Part shown: positions 26,710-39,418 of the stretch, in pieces
Numbering within the stretch: position 1 is the first letter of the stretch
Layout of the letters: each line of letters starts with the position of its first letter
NCBI GenBank assembly: GCA_010093815.1
Contig: ML996568.1
DNA: 64,000 nucleotides
Direction: 5' to 3' (one strand)
Origin: Pseudovirgaria hyperparasitica
Taxonomy: Eukaryota
The notes under the pieces: generated by a model
What the model saw: only the letters and a program-made list of their open reading frames with translations
Databases searched by the model: none
Told to the model about the DNA's origin: nothing
Program-made: the position numbers and the translations under genes

Positions 26710-26917
26710 GTAAGCGTTTTATTTTTCTTTTATTTTTCTTCTTTCTCTTCGATACATCTCTGATGTGATCTGATGCGTCTTTCATGATCGAGTCAATTCA
26801 CACTGCTGACACCTTTCTGCTTATAGTGGCCATTTCTTAATACCCATGGTCCTCGACACCGCATTGGAAGTGCACATTGGGACCCCCGACATCGTTCCAT
26901 CAACCTATACATCTTAG
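26710..26917 (+). promoter_or_regulatory. Putative 5' UTR intron (26710-26826) and 23-codon uORF (26846-26917) of ptaB
   Basis: GTAAGC donor, T-rich tract, GCTGAC branch and TAG acceptor. ATG...TAG uORF ends ~105 nt before the main ATG. Confidence 0.5.
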
Positions 26918-27021
26918 CTCGACACAAGCCGGTAATAAGAGTGCCGACAGTGATAGCTTCGTGAGCCCAGAGGGCAGAGGGGGCGCATCTTGGCGTCAAA
27001 CTGGCCGTATAGATTGCCAGG

Positions 27022-29434
27022 ATGATGACCAGTGGATTCCCTCACCATGGAGGCGGTCCTGGTGGAGGGCCTCACCCCGGAATACCTCAAGGTATGGGAC
27101 CTGGCATGGGTGCTCCAATGATGCATCCTGGCGGCCCAGGTCCAGGAGGGCCTCATGGACCTCAAGTCACCCAAGGTGCCGGCCCGCACATGATGGGTAT
27201 GCAGCCTGGTGTAGGTGGACCACAAGGACAGCCAAGCCAGCACGCCATGGCACATCTCGGGCCTCAGCAGCAACAGATGATGATGCAACAGCAGCAGAGT
27301 GCGTATGCTGACGAAAACTACGGGTGAATGGAAATGCTGACTCTGCTCCAGTGAACACCAATTTCCACATGCAACAGCAGCGTGCATTCATGCAGCAACA
27401 ACAAATGCTGCGGCATCAACAGCAGCAACAACAGGCGCAGCAGCAACAGGCACAGCAACAGCAACAGGGCATGGGCATGGCCTTTCAGAATGGGCAACCC
27501 GGAGGCTTAACACCACAGCAGATGCATGCTATGCAGCAACAACATCAGCAGCAGCTTGGTGGTGTTGGCGCTCTTCCTAACCTTCCTCCTCATTTCATTG
27601 AGGCACAACAGCGCCTGCGTCAACAGCAGCAACAGGCACAAGCCCACCAGGCTGCCCAGGCCCAGCAACAGCAGCAGATGCAACAGCAGATGCACGCCAT
27701 GCAATCCCAAGGCAGCAATCAGGGACACCCCGTCTCGCAACCTCCACAAGGTCCCCAACCACAAGCACAGCAAGGACCCATGCGACCACCATCTCAGATG
27801 GGCGGCCCACGAGAAGCGCAACCGTCGCCAGCGCCGCAAGCAGCTCCACAGCAGCCTCCGACTCCGCAGCCACAAGGGGTACAATCAAATCCCGGTCAGC
27901 CTCAAGCGTCGAACAACCCTCAGCAGAACACGCCACAGCAGGGACAACCAGCGCCAGGTTCACAATCACAGCCTCAGCCTGGAACCCAGCCGACGTCTGG
28001 ACCCCCAAACCCGCAGCTACAGCAACAGATGACCGCAACCCCACTCCAGCAGCAACAAGCTCAGCAACAGGCGCAACAACAGGCCCATCAACGTATGATG
28101 ATGCAACAAATGGCACGGGCGCAACAACAACGATCCAACAGCGGTCACCTCATCCTGAAACTTATAGCGTTCTCAGATCGACTCGGCGCGTTCACTGTAT
28201 GATGGTACATGAAATCTTCAGGCTCGCATGCACTAACATATCCTAGGCTGAACACAACAAGATCGAGCTATGGCAGCAATTTGTTAGAACCTTCTTTTCA
28301 GAAGACGGAAGTTTCAATTACATTCTGGCCCACAAAGATAACGGAAAAACGAAATTGTACGACATTTCCGCAGCGTCACTCCCGCGGTTCTACATGGCAC
28401 ACTTCGAAGGCCAAGAGCGAGTCGAGTCCATGCGCTTCTCACTGGAAGGCCTACACGAGACCGTATCACAAACAGGAGGTGTGGTCCATGCCAGCCGTGC
28501 GAAGCTGATCTACGATTTCCAAAACGGCACCCAAGTAAGTACTCCATGGCATGACAAGATAACGTAGCTAAGACTTCTGGTAGCTCATTTGCAGTGGCAC
28601 ACTCGCAGCTATCCTCACGACAGACGACAAGATTGAGGTCCTCCATTTTGAAAGTACCAGCTCGCAGGACTATGTTCCGCGCGATAGGCTGGCTGAACTT
28701 TTTGCTGAAGATTCGCCGGTGCAGACGATCAAGCAATCTCCAAAACTCAACAAGAACGCCAAAAATCGAAACCAGCGCCAACAGCAACCTCGTACCATCC
28801 GAGAGCAAGATATTCCCAGAGCGCCCGTCAACGAGTACGGTGTACTGAGAAAGGTTGGAGGCTTTTTGGAGGTAAGTAGTAGATGGATCTGCCACGTGTG
28901 AGTTGCGAGCTGAACTGTTGCCAGATCTCCGAGACGCTTTCCCATATGCAAGGACTCATGGGCCACTACGTAGCGAATCCGAATATGTCAGTCAGTGCAG
29001 CGTTGGGCGATTACGTTCAAAGGATGCAGGCTATGCAGCCTCAGCAGCAACTCGGACCAGGTAACATGCCAGGTGCGCGCACGCCTTCAGGCATGTCGAG
29101 TGGAAATTTCGGCCCTGGACCAGCCGGACAGTACATGTCTCCAGCTATGGCGAACATGGCACTGCCTCACCAAGTCAACGGTTCTCCCCATCTCATGCAG
29201 ACTCATACTCCTTCACCTGCTCAGACACATAACCTCGCTACTCAACATTCTCAACAAGGTACCAACAGTTCCGCAACTGCAAGCGCAAACACCAGTCCTA
29301 ATGTCTCCAATAAGCGCCGTCGTAGCACGGTGAAGCAGGAAGGCGACGATGGCGAAGTCAATGGCACAAACACCAAGACGAAGCCAAGTCCTCGAGTCGG
29401 AAACAATAACAAGAGGTTGAAATCTGGGGCATGA
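27022..29434 (+). CDS. ptaB: Q-rich LIM-domain-binding (LDB) transcriptional co-regulator, PtaB/Mfg1 homolog; introns ~27299-27351, 28197-28246, 28535-28583, 28872-28924
   Basis: G/P/M- and poly-Q-rich N-terminus, then ILKLIAFSDRL...WQQFVRTFFSEDG...VNEYGVLRKVGGFLEISETLSHM, and a C-terminal NLS-like NKRRRS. Confidence 0.82.
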
Positions 29435-30618
29435 AACGGCCGTATCGACGCTTGATACGAGTACCAAAACGATCCTCCCACCACGTTCGAAAAAACGTCT
29501 TCGATCCATCATCATGGCCTTGACTCGTTCTCGACACCCAAAAATTCATCGCATCTGATGAACGGCGCAGCGCGGCATTGTCTTTTGCTCTCTCATACAC
29601 ACCATCTCTCATCTTACGCATTTCATTTCCACCATATACCTCGAGTCTCCAGGGCTCATCATGTTCAATTCCACTGGCGCGTCATTCGGCGCTCGCATGT
29701 CCGACACGACCGGCAACATGTATCGGCGCCGTTATATCCTCCGCATGGTTGATCATCTCAGCATTTGATCTCACGGGAAAGAGTGGGACTGCAGTGCCCT
29801 GCCTCTTCACTGATTTACTCATGCTGAATTCCTTGTACAATATTACGAAGACTTCACCACATCTATGAGGTGCAGATGTCGCGACCGGCGTTATGGGGTC
29901 CATATCTCTACCAGGGCGGCAGAACACCTTGATGGGTGTTCGATCTGTGTTTTATTTCGTCATGCGTCGTTGTGCTATTCTACTTTGGTACTTCTGTGTC
30001 TTGCATATGCGCTTTTTCTTACTGTTGTTGGACTACCGAGTCGTGGGGACCTTTGAGTAGTTCTATCCATACCTAGCCGGTGGTTGAAAGGAGGGGCTCA
30101 AACTTGGGTCCTAATGGGAAGTCGACTTTTGTCACGGCTTCCTGAATTTTATACGTTCCAAAATACAACTTAATGCATGCGCTTGTAACCCTGGTGACCG
30201 GGAGGATGATGATGATGAAGAAGCCTCGTGATGTTCAAACAAGCACGTTCATCAGTACGTACCTGAGGCTCCAGCTGCAGCACCTAATACCAACGGTCGC
30301 TAGCCGGAAAGGGTATAGCGCCATGGTAGAACAGGACCCTCTTTCACATGTCAGACGTCCCACGCTGCTCGCTGACGTTACGGATATGGCTTGAGTTCCA
30401 ATGCACCTGAGCAGCATTCGTTCCCCATGTCTCTGCCACATTCACATGGCGGCTGATTCCTGACTTCGTGAATCTTCAGCCAACCTAAGCTCTCTTTGTC
30501 CTCCGCTCATACGCCTCACGCGCTGTACTGATGCAATGCATTCTTCCTGCTCTGCTTCGGTCTCTGCTTCCTAGGTCTCTGTGTGTCCTATACTCTGCTA
30601 CTATAAGAGCTTGTGACC

Positions 30619-32927
30619 ATGATTGGTAAGTAGAAATCGGCCGTGGGTATGCAAATGCTCGAGCTAATGTGTTGTCTCAGATCATGTCTTGGGAAGGCCA
30701 TCGGTCAAGTTCCGTAAGATTCAAGTCTTCGCCGTCCTTTCATTTTGGTCTATATACCTCTACAAGTATGTTGACAGCTCTATAAGTCGTACAACGTGGC
30801 TAACGGTACAATAGAGGTAATCGCCATGGTCCTCCTGTCCTTCGCCGCATCTCCGCTCTCCTCCAGAATCGCCTCACGACTTGGCAAAGCCTTGTGATAA
30901 CGCTTCTCTGGCTATACGTGGCTCGCAATTTCGGCAAAGTGGTTGGCCTCGAGTGCCCTGAACCTCTTGCAAATCTATACAGTCGCTCATACTTCCGAGC
31001 AACATGGGTGACAACGGCGCTGGACGCAGGCTTCTGGTCTGCGATGCGCATTCGCCGGAAATGGGCAAGAGACTTCCTCTCTCTCGTCTTCTCAGTATAC
31101 TATCTGATATGTGCGGAGCAAGCGGATGAGAAGGTAAGAAAGGTTCGAGGATCCTTAACAGTGGAGCATATGCGCGTGAGCTGGAATAAGGGCACAACGC
31201 CATACCTGGGATTTCTCACGGGGGTACTTAGACCTAGACTGATGAGATACCCACCGAGAGCTATTCGGATACCAAGACCACAGGAATCTTCTTATCAAGA
31301 GCCTGTACAAGCATGGCTTTACTTTGATGGACCTCTGTCAGCATTGAAAAAGCAGCGTAAAGTGGTCTTGGACATTCCAGGTGGAGGCTTCGTCGCCATG
31401 AATCCACGAACTCATGACGACAAACTGATGGCCTGGGCCGGGAAGACAGGGCTTCCAGTACTGAGTCTCGACTATCGTAAAGCTCCGGAGTTTCCGTACC
31501 CGTACGCCCTAAACGAATGTTACGATGTATATCATATGATTGTGTCAAGTAGAGGGAGGTGTCTCGGTCTTTCAGGGGACGAATCTCCAAAGATTGTTGT
31601 TGCCGGAGATAGTGCTGGCGGGAACTTGGCTGTTGGTATGGTCTTGATGATTCTTCAAGCTGGTTCCACAGATAGTCGTCGCTGGCAAGGAGAACAAATG
31701 CTACCACCCCCCGAGGGCGTCGTCCTCATCTACCCGTCGCTGGATATGAACATTGGAAACTGGATGACGGACGAACAAATGGCACTGATTCGCGACCGTC
31801 GTGTCCGTAGGACCAATCAAGGTATCCTCCGACGTAAGAGCGACGATTACCGTAATCTTGCCCCAGACACTCCCCACGTTTCGGACGACGAAGAGGACGC
31901 AAACCCTCCACTACACAAATCACCCTCTACACCTACCACCGCAGCGGGCCAGATCACTTCGCCGGTGACCGCAATTCATCTCTCTGCCGCCCACACTAAC
32001 ACCAACACCACTGCCGTTGCAACTCAAGACGCCCAAGCCCAGAAACCACAACCGCTCAAGACCCGCCTCGCAATGTCCTCCATGATATCTTACTTTAACG
32101 ATCGCATCCTGACTCCTGAGATGATGCGCGCCATGATTGTCCTCTACATTGGGCCACACAACCGCCCAGACTTTTCCACTGACTACCTGCTCTCCCCGCT
32201 CCTTGCCCCGGAATCACTGCTGGCCCACTTCCCGAAGACATACTTCCTGACTGGCGAGCGCGACCCCCTTGTGGACGACACTGTCATTTTCGCGGGCCGC
32301 ATACGGGCCGCGAAAGCCGCGCGCCATGCAGATCGCATGGAGCTGGGTCTCGTGCCACGTGACCGTGAAGTCTTCTGGGAAGCAGAGCATGTCGAGGTCA
32401 TGTTGATCCCGGGTATCTCGCATGGCTTTTTCCAGTTCATCAGTCTGTTTCCCGAAGGCTGGAAGTACGTCTTCCGCTGCGCGAAATGGATGCGTGAAAT
32501 CTTCGAGCGTGCGGATGCGGATGACGCGGACGCTGAAGTTAATAACCGCGAAGGGCATCATCGCGCAGGCGACTACTTCTCCTCCCGGTCCGTCGTCGCA
32601 AACGGAGCCGCTCGTGCCTATCCCACGCAGATATCGCTTCGCACCGACCTTGACAACAATAAGCAGTCTCGCCATCACCGCCGTGTGCGCACGGGCGAGA
32701 GCTCGGGCGACGACGATAGACCGTTGGAGATGACGTTTGGACGCGGGAGTCCGCCGCACAAGATCAATACGGATGCTGCGCCGCGTGCGAGACGGCGGCG
32801 GGCGCCGGGAAGGACGAAGAGTTTGGTTAGTTTGGCGAGTGAGGACGATTTGATGGGCAGGCGCATGAAGAGCCTTGCGACTGGGCTGATGGGCGGAGGG
32901 AGCGGAGAGGAGCCGCCGACGCCGTGA
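30619..32927 (+). CDS. Hormone-sensitive-lipase family alpha/beta hydrolase; introns 30626-30680, 30766-30814
   Basis: PGGGF oxyanion motif, DYRKAPEFPYP, GDSAGGNL nucleophile elbow, GERDPLVDD and HGFF. Confidence 0.88.
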
Positions 32928-33249
32928 ATGGTGCTGTGATGGGATGTGGGTGTGGTACGGTATGGGAATGCGGGATATATGCATTATATAGACTATGTGT
33001 GTGTGCATCGCTGCTTTTCTTCGGGGATAGAATATGCATTTACAGTGATTGATTGCGATTCGATGATGAGTATGGTGCAGTGGAGTAGATGAAGATTATA
33101 AAACGCGGCTCGCGTGCCATTACATTATTACCTTGGTACTTACTACTACTGTCTTGTCCTTGTTGCAAGAAATCCATCCTGTATCTCTTCATCGCATCGC
33201 CATGCGAATTGAGTCCGCCCTCTCTCTTCCCCCTTTTTTTCCCACAAGC

Positions 33250-33324
33250 CATACATACATACATACATACACCGCGCCCCATTATCTTTCCGCCTTATTA
33301 TCCCTCAACACACACACACACACA
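33250..33324. repeat. (ACAT)n and (CA)n microsatellites
   Basis: atacatacatacatacatac at ~33250-33269 and a CA repeat at ~33307-33324. Confidence 0.8.
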
Positions 33325-33393
33325 GAATGAAGAAACATACAACCAACCACACCATTCCATCATCCTCTCCCCTCCATATCAACCAACCCAACC

Positions 33394-33427
33394 CTACCCC
33401 AAATCCACCATCCCCACCACCCCCACA

Positions 33428-33459
<32 letters not shown>

Positions 33460-35809
33460 CCCCACTCCACCACCCCCCCCACCCCCACAAGAACCACCCC
33501 CCTCCAAAGCCCTCCCCCTCAAAAAAACCCCAATCTGAAACCTCAACGCCCGCACCCTCTCCTCCTCCACCCTCCTGCCCCCCCTCTCCTTGACAATCCG
33601 AATCGCATTACTCCGCGGCAGCAAATGCACCGCTTCCTCCCTGCCCAGCTGCGCTCTGCTGACGTCGCGCAGGTAGACGGTCAGGTCGGGCCCTGTGATG
33701 CCGCGCCAGAGACTGGCGAGGTGGGCGTAGTGTGCGTCGGGCGAGAAGGCGTCGTGGATGGGGATGAGGGTGGTGAATGTGTCGGTGGTGTGGAGTTGGT
33801 AGTTTGGGGTTAGGAGGACGGGGAGGGGGGATTGGGGGGTTGTGGGTTTGGGTTGGGGGGTGGTGTCGCTGCCGCGGAGGTAGGTTGTTATGGCGAGGTT
33901 GCGCGTGTGCCAGGCGGCGATTGTGTTGATGTAGTCGCGCATGCTGAGTTCTTGGTTTGTTTCGCGTTTGCCTTCGGCTTCTTTTTCACTTTCTGCTTCT
34001 CTTTCTCCTTTTCCTTCCCCATCACGCTCTGTCTCTTCCACCTCCTCCCTCTCCTTCCCTTGTTCTTTGAACACATCCCCAACACCCTCCTCCAACCGCG
34101 TCACAAAATCCCCCTCCTCCCTCCCCAGCGTCGCATGCAACAACCGCGCCAACGCCGCCGCCGCAACCGCGTCGTCGCCCTCAACGGCAATCAACACGCC
34201 TCGTGCCCCCGGGTAGCGCTCCCGCACGGGCCTACTGACGCGAGCGAGCCTTTCGATTTTCTCTGTAAAGGGGCGGCTTGTGGCGAGGGTTGAGGCGGGG
34301 GTGGGGCGGTCGTCGGGGGAGGAGATGTGGTGCTGGGCTGTTGTAGGGGTGGAGAGGGGGACAGGGGTTGAGGGGCCGAGGGGGGCGAGGCGGAGGCGGG
34401 AAGAGGGGTCGTTGGGTGGGGAGAGGAGGGGGGGAGGCATGGAGGGGGGCAAGGGGAGGGGGGAGCGCATTACCTCTGCGATGCCGGGGAGGTGGCGGGT
34501 TGGTGTTGTTGCTGTTGCTGTGTTTGAGGTTGGATTGGTGATGCTGCTTCCTGGTCCGTGGTGCGTGGGTGTATGCGGGACATGGACGATGCTGCGCGCC
34601 GACACAGGGGGTTGTGATTTCGCACTCGGCCACTGCGCGGAATTCGGCGGACGGAAGCCTGGCGAGGGGGCCTGGCTGGCTGCCACGTCGAGCGGTGTGC
34701 GGCGATTGTACATTGATGGCGGGGGCCCGTTATGGCCGGATTTGCTCTGGGGCTCGCGCTCGTGGCGGGCCTGGCGAGCGTGGTGGTGGTGGTGGAGGTT
34801 GTGGAGGTCGAAATGAGCGGTGTATGGCGAGTAGGGGGAAGGGGTGGGCGGGATCTCGTGGCTCATGCGGCGGCGCTTGGAGTCTTGGGTTGAGGTTCTG
34901 CGGTTGTGCGGGATGATGTCTGGTTCTGAGAGGCGTTTTGTGCGGGATGAAGGGGTTGTGCTGGGAGGGTGGTGGTGGTCGGAGCGACCGGTGAGGCTGT
35001 CCCGGTTGCTGGATGGGAGGGTAGAGCCGGTGGCGAGCATTGTGGGCGATTGGGGTGTTGAGTTTGGGAAGGGAGTTTGGAAGACTGGGCTTTGATATGC
35101 GCTGGATTGTGTGGAGGGCGAGGGCAGTGTATGCTCTGCGAGACGCGGCGATGCATTCGAGTGAGGGCTACTCGGCGGCGCTCCGATCAGTCGTTTACCA
35201 CAGACGTTACAGGTGCTGGCATTGGCGGAGCCGGAAGCGCGGTTCTTGCTCTTTGGTTGGTACTTGTAGTTCGGATACTGCTGTTTGTGGGAAGCTTTCC
35301 TCTTCTGTATGCACACTTTAGCTGTTTGGTGGTCTTGTGGATGAACTTGGAGACCTACCTCAGCTTCTGCTTTCCAATAGTCCTTGACAGCAGGATCTGC
35401 TCTTTTCCAGAGGTCCCCTATTTTGATCGATATCTCAGGCTGGTTGTTGCCGCCAGATTCACTCAGCTGCTTCTGATGCGCCGACCTGAACAGTATGAAA
35501 CCTGGCAAGGAGCGGTGTCAGCTTGAGTTCTTTGCCAGTGGTTTGACTCTGAGCTCGATTGAAGGGATAAAAAAATCTCAACTCACAATTTTCTGGCCTT
35601 GGCGGCTGTGGAGGACAACAGCAGTGGTCTTCACTACCCGAACGACTAGGAGACGAGACAGGAACGTTGGACGTGACGGGCGAATGCGTATTTCGCAGGT
35701 CAATAGATGCTTTCTTCTCCTTGAGCGTCGGCCTAGAGACGTCTCGACTGGGTGAGCCGCAGTGAAGAGCGGACCCACGGACGATATTGAGTGGCGGCGG
35801 TTTCGACAT
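33394..35809 (-). CDS. HMG-box transcription factor (Rox1/Rfg1-like); introns 35502-35586 and 35305-35358
   Basis: Spliced CCCPPQPPRPENCFILFRSAH...PEISIKIGDLWK...YWKAEAEKRKASHKQQYPNYKYQPK. The C-terminal end is uncertain because of the poly-G tract. Confidence 0.85.
33428..33456 (+). repeat. C29 homopolymer inside a C-rich tract
   Basis: Directly visible in the sequence. Confidence 0.9.
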
Positions 35810-36790
35810 TCGAGCTGAGAGTGCGACTTTGTAGTCCAGTCGCAGCTTTGTCTCAAGAGTTTTCGGTTTATTTTAATATGACAGAGTTGCCATGTGAATG
35901 ACCCTCGTCACAGGCATGAAATTAGTCGTGGACTTTTTTTTTCTGTTGACGACCAGACGCGGGCAGGGGACTGCGTCAATGTTTGCAATGACGAAATTCG
36001 TTCGCAGATTTGAGCTTCGCCGACTGTGGTTATGGTTATAGTGGGACGGGTAGAACGAATGCAGAACTATAGGGGACAGCGGTGAAGTGCATCGTCGTCT
36101 GAGCTCGTCTTTGTCATGGATCCGTGGTTAACACTGTTCAAGTACGCCAAGGCTTCTTTGTGAATACCAGAGACATACGGAACGCGGATAGTGTTGTCTA
36201 GGTAGCAAGGGATACTGTATGCCATGAGACAGGAATGCAACTAGTGATGTTCGGGCGCAAACAATGAGCAGCCCTTTGTTATCCTTACCGAACCCGCAAA
36301 CAACAAGCGATTCATCTTTTATTGACATCACGAGACATCACCTAGACTCGTTGGCTGGTGCTGTTCCCGGTTCGCGATACTCGTCAGTTTTGGGAAACGG
36401 TCGAAGGCGATCCACGTGGAAACCTTCACTTTACAGTAAGCTGTGAACGCCCTGTCTTCCACCAGTCATCCCTTGGTCGAGAATTTGCCAGCCGGGATTC
36501 TTTGTTCAGCATGACCGTCAAAACAGGCAAACGTCATCTTGGGACATTCCACACTGATGCGGCACGCAAGATAAACATGGATACGTTTGCGCAACTCCAC
36601 CAAAACTCATGGCTAGATCGCTGCCCAACACGTGGAGAATGCCGAAATGAATGTTTGTTTTGAACAGTTTTGGAAAGGTATCTTGGAATGTACTAACATG
36701 CCTATCTTTTAAAGCATGCAACGGGGATCTAAACTACGCAAGCCTGGTAAATTATATTCTGGCGGTCGCATCGCAATGTTTTCCACACGA

Positions 36791-38088
36791 TCAGCGCAAC
36801 TCCTCTGGTGGTAAAATAAGTGTGAAGTTTGTCGTTTCGGCTTCGCCATCTGCATTGTTTTGATGGCGCGCATTGGCATTGATCGTCTTGTTTTCATGTA
36901 CAAGACTCGCGGCTTCGTCGCCAAACAGCTGGTTTGCTTTGCCTGACAAGTGCATTTCATCCCTAGTTGCAGTGTGTCAGCAAGGTGCATTCTTGAGGAT
37001 GAGAGAGGCTTTTGAGATTGCATACCAGAACAAATGGTTGGTCGGTTCATCGCATTGCTGCTGCGATCCATGCGACGCTGCGCCGGCCGACTGGAAGTTT
37101 TCTAGAAACGGCAGTGTATCCGGCCGCAATAAACACGGCAGCTCGACGTTGTTGAAAACGGGACTCTGTCGGCCATTTCCAAATGCATCGCTGAGGTTGA
37201 GTTGCCAGAGCTGTTTCGACTGCACATTTGACACCACAAAGTGGTTGAGGTCTGGCATAAACACGTCGCCTCCAGTCCACTGCATTGCCGCGCGCATCAG
37301 CGCCGTATTCCAGTATGTGGACAAGTACATCGCGTGGTGCTGCAGTTGAGCCAAGGATAGTCCTGAGGTAGAGTTGGCTACTTGACTCGGGAACCCAGGA
37401 AGCAGAGAGATGTCTATCGTGAAGGGCAAGACTATGCGAACAGGAAAATTCGCGTGGTCTACGATCTTGTCCATTTGTTGAAATATCTCGAGGACCGCAG
37501 AGTCGATCGCTCGCTTTCCTGCTTCCTCCGACAGGTGCACGTAGTCGAGCAGATCCCAGAGCCCAAACATTATCGTGAAAAGCGTATCCTCCTTCTTCTT
37601 GTATCGTCCAGATGGTACCGAGCTCCTCTGTTTTTCATGTTCGATCCACTGGAGTACCTGCTCCTCCAAGTCTACATGTCTTCCAGAGCTGGCTGCCGGT
37701 CGACCATTAGCCGTTGCATCTTTATGCTCGATGGTAGATCCATCTCGAGCAAAGTTGTCGATAGTGTCACAGAGCAGCTAATGAATGCACTTTAGTGCTA
37801 ACTCAAGCAAGGATCATCAAGTGGCCTCACCTTTTTACTCAGAGACTCGGTCCAGATTTTCCCACTTGCGGGCTCTCGTATGAGTACGGATTCTGGACGT
37901 GGAGCAGCAATGGGAGACGTCCCAATGTCAGACCAGTCATCACCAAACACCACTATCCGGCGCGCAGAGCCAGAGAAGACCTTTTGTAGCCGTGTTTTGA
38001 CCTCCAGAGAAGGCCATACCCAGCCAAGGTAGAGTATGAAGAAAAAAGCGCAAGCAACGACAATATGCAGACGACGGAGAGGTCTCAT
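36791..38088 (-). CDS. SGNH/GDSL-like (CE16-like) membrane-anchored or secreted protein; introns ~37778-37830 and ~36963-37025
   Basis: N-terminal hydrophobic segment, block I-like IVVFGDDWSD, NFA motif, TIMFGLWD and C-terminal HLFWDEMH. Confidence 0.7.
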
Positions 38089-39418
38089 GTTGAAGACTGC
38101 GATGATGAACAATGTACGTTGTGCGCAAAGATGAGTCGGAATCGCACGGTAGACGGGAATATCAGAAGAGTGGCAATCTCTAGACAGGAAACAGCAATGT
38201 ACAGTCCTGCGAGTGCAGCAGCCAGCGAGACAACAAGGAAAGGACAGACAGTGCAAGTGAGTGAGGAAAGTTTAATAATAGATCACGCGACACAATGCGA
38301 GAATTTAGGGGAATGCTTGGTAGATAGGAAACGCACAATACCTCACCAGGGGCATTGGAAGCACTCGCAGTGAAAGCGAAAGAGAGAAACTGAGCACGCG
38401 ACAGTGCTTACGTCTCTCGAGATATTATGGCATCCACCACGTTACAAGGCTGTAAGATTCGGGATAAGAGAGCCCCACGAGCGTTACATATCATTCGACC
38501 GACGATCAGAAGAATCCCTCTTGGCAGTTGGATATAGGACAAGGGCTACGACCCGCTTTGTGCGTGATTTGTTCGCCATGGTGGTAAGGTGAGGTGACGG
38601 AGCGGCAGTCTATATCCGGGACGCGTACATTCATGTATGTGTCAGTCTCGGGGTGCAGTGTGGGGACTAACTAGTGCACACGAATCTTGAAACCGCCAGC
38701 GTCTGCAGGTTGACCGTTGACGGGCTTCTCTTTGTTCGAGATGTCGGATGTGTGATTCGACTTTGAGGCTCACGGGCAATGAAGGCATGTTATCAGTCAC
38801 GCTGTGTCATCCGTCTGTCTGTTGGAATATCAGATCGGAGGCAGCCCCGACCGATGGTTTGCGGCTCATCGACGCGACTCAGCCTTCTAGCTGCCAAGAG
38901 AGGTGGAAGTGAGAACGGATACGAAGATGACATGCCTGTGGATGCGGTGGTAGTGAGCGTTGAGCGTATAATAAAAGAATAACAATAGTTGGGTGATACG
39001 TACTAATTACATACAGTACTAATTAATTAGATGGATGAAGTCCTTGATTGTCCGCGTCCCCGTTCATGTCCCCGTCCCGCAAAGGCAGCCGCGGCCCCAC
39101 AACTGGCTTCAGGCTAAATTAGGGGCCTTTTGCCGCTGCCGTTGCCGCTAAGTCGCCGCAATATCTTCGGCGGCTCATCCATATAATCTTCATCTCAGCC
39201 ACCCGTCAACAACTCCTCAGCCGCTTCCTATACAATTACATGTAGACCTTCAATTCCGTGAAGTGACGAGAATCCCTGCTCAGCTATCTACGTCTATATC
39301 TACATCGACATCTCCGCCTTCAACGATGGATCAGTCTCTCGTGCTAGGAGTCGAAGGTCCAGAACCGCGATGCCAGAATCACCCTCATCATCCTCTTTCA
39401 CCGTCCATCTCACAGCGA

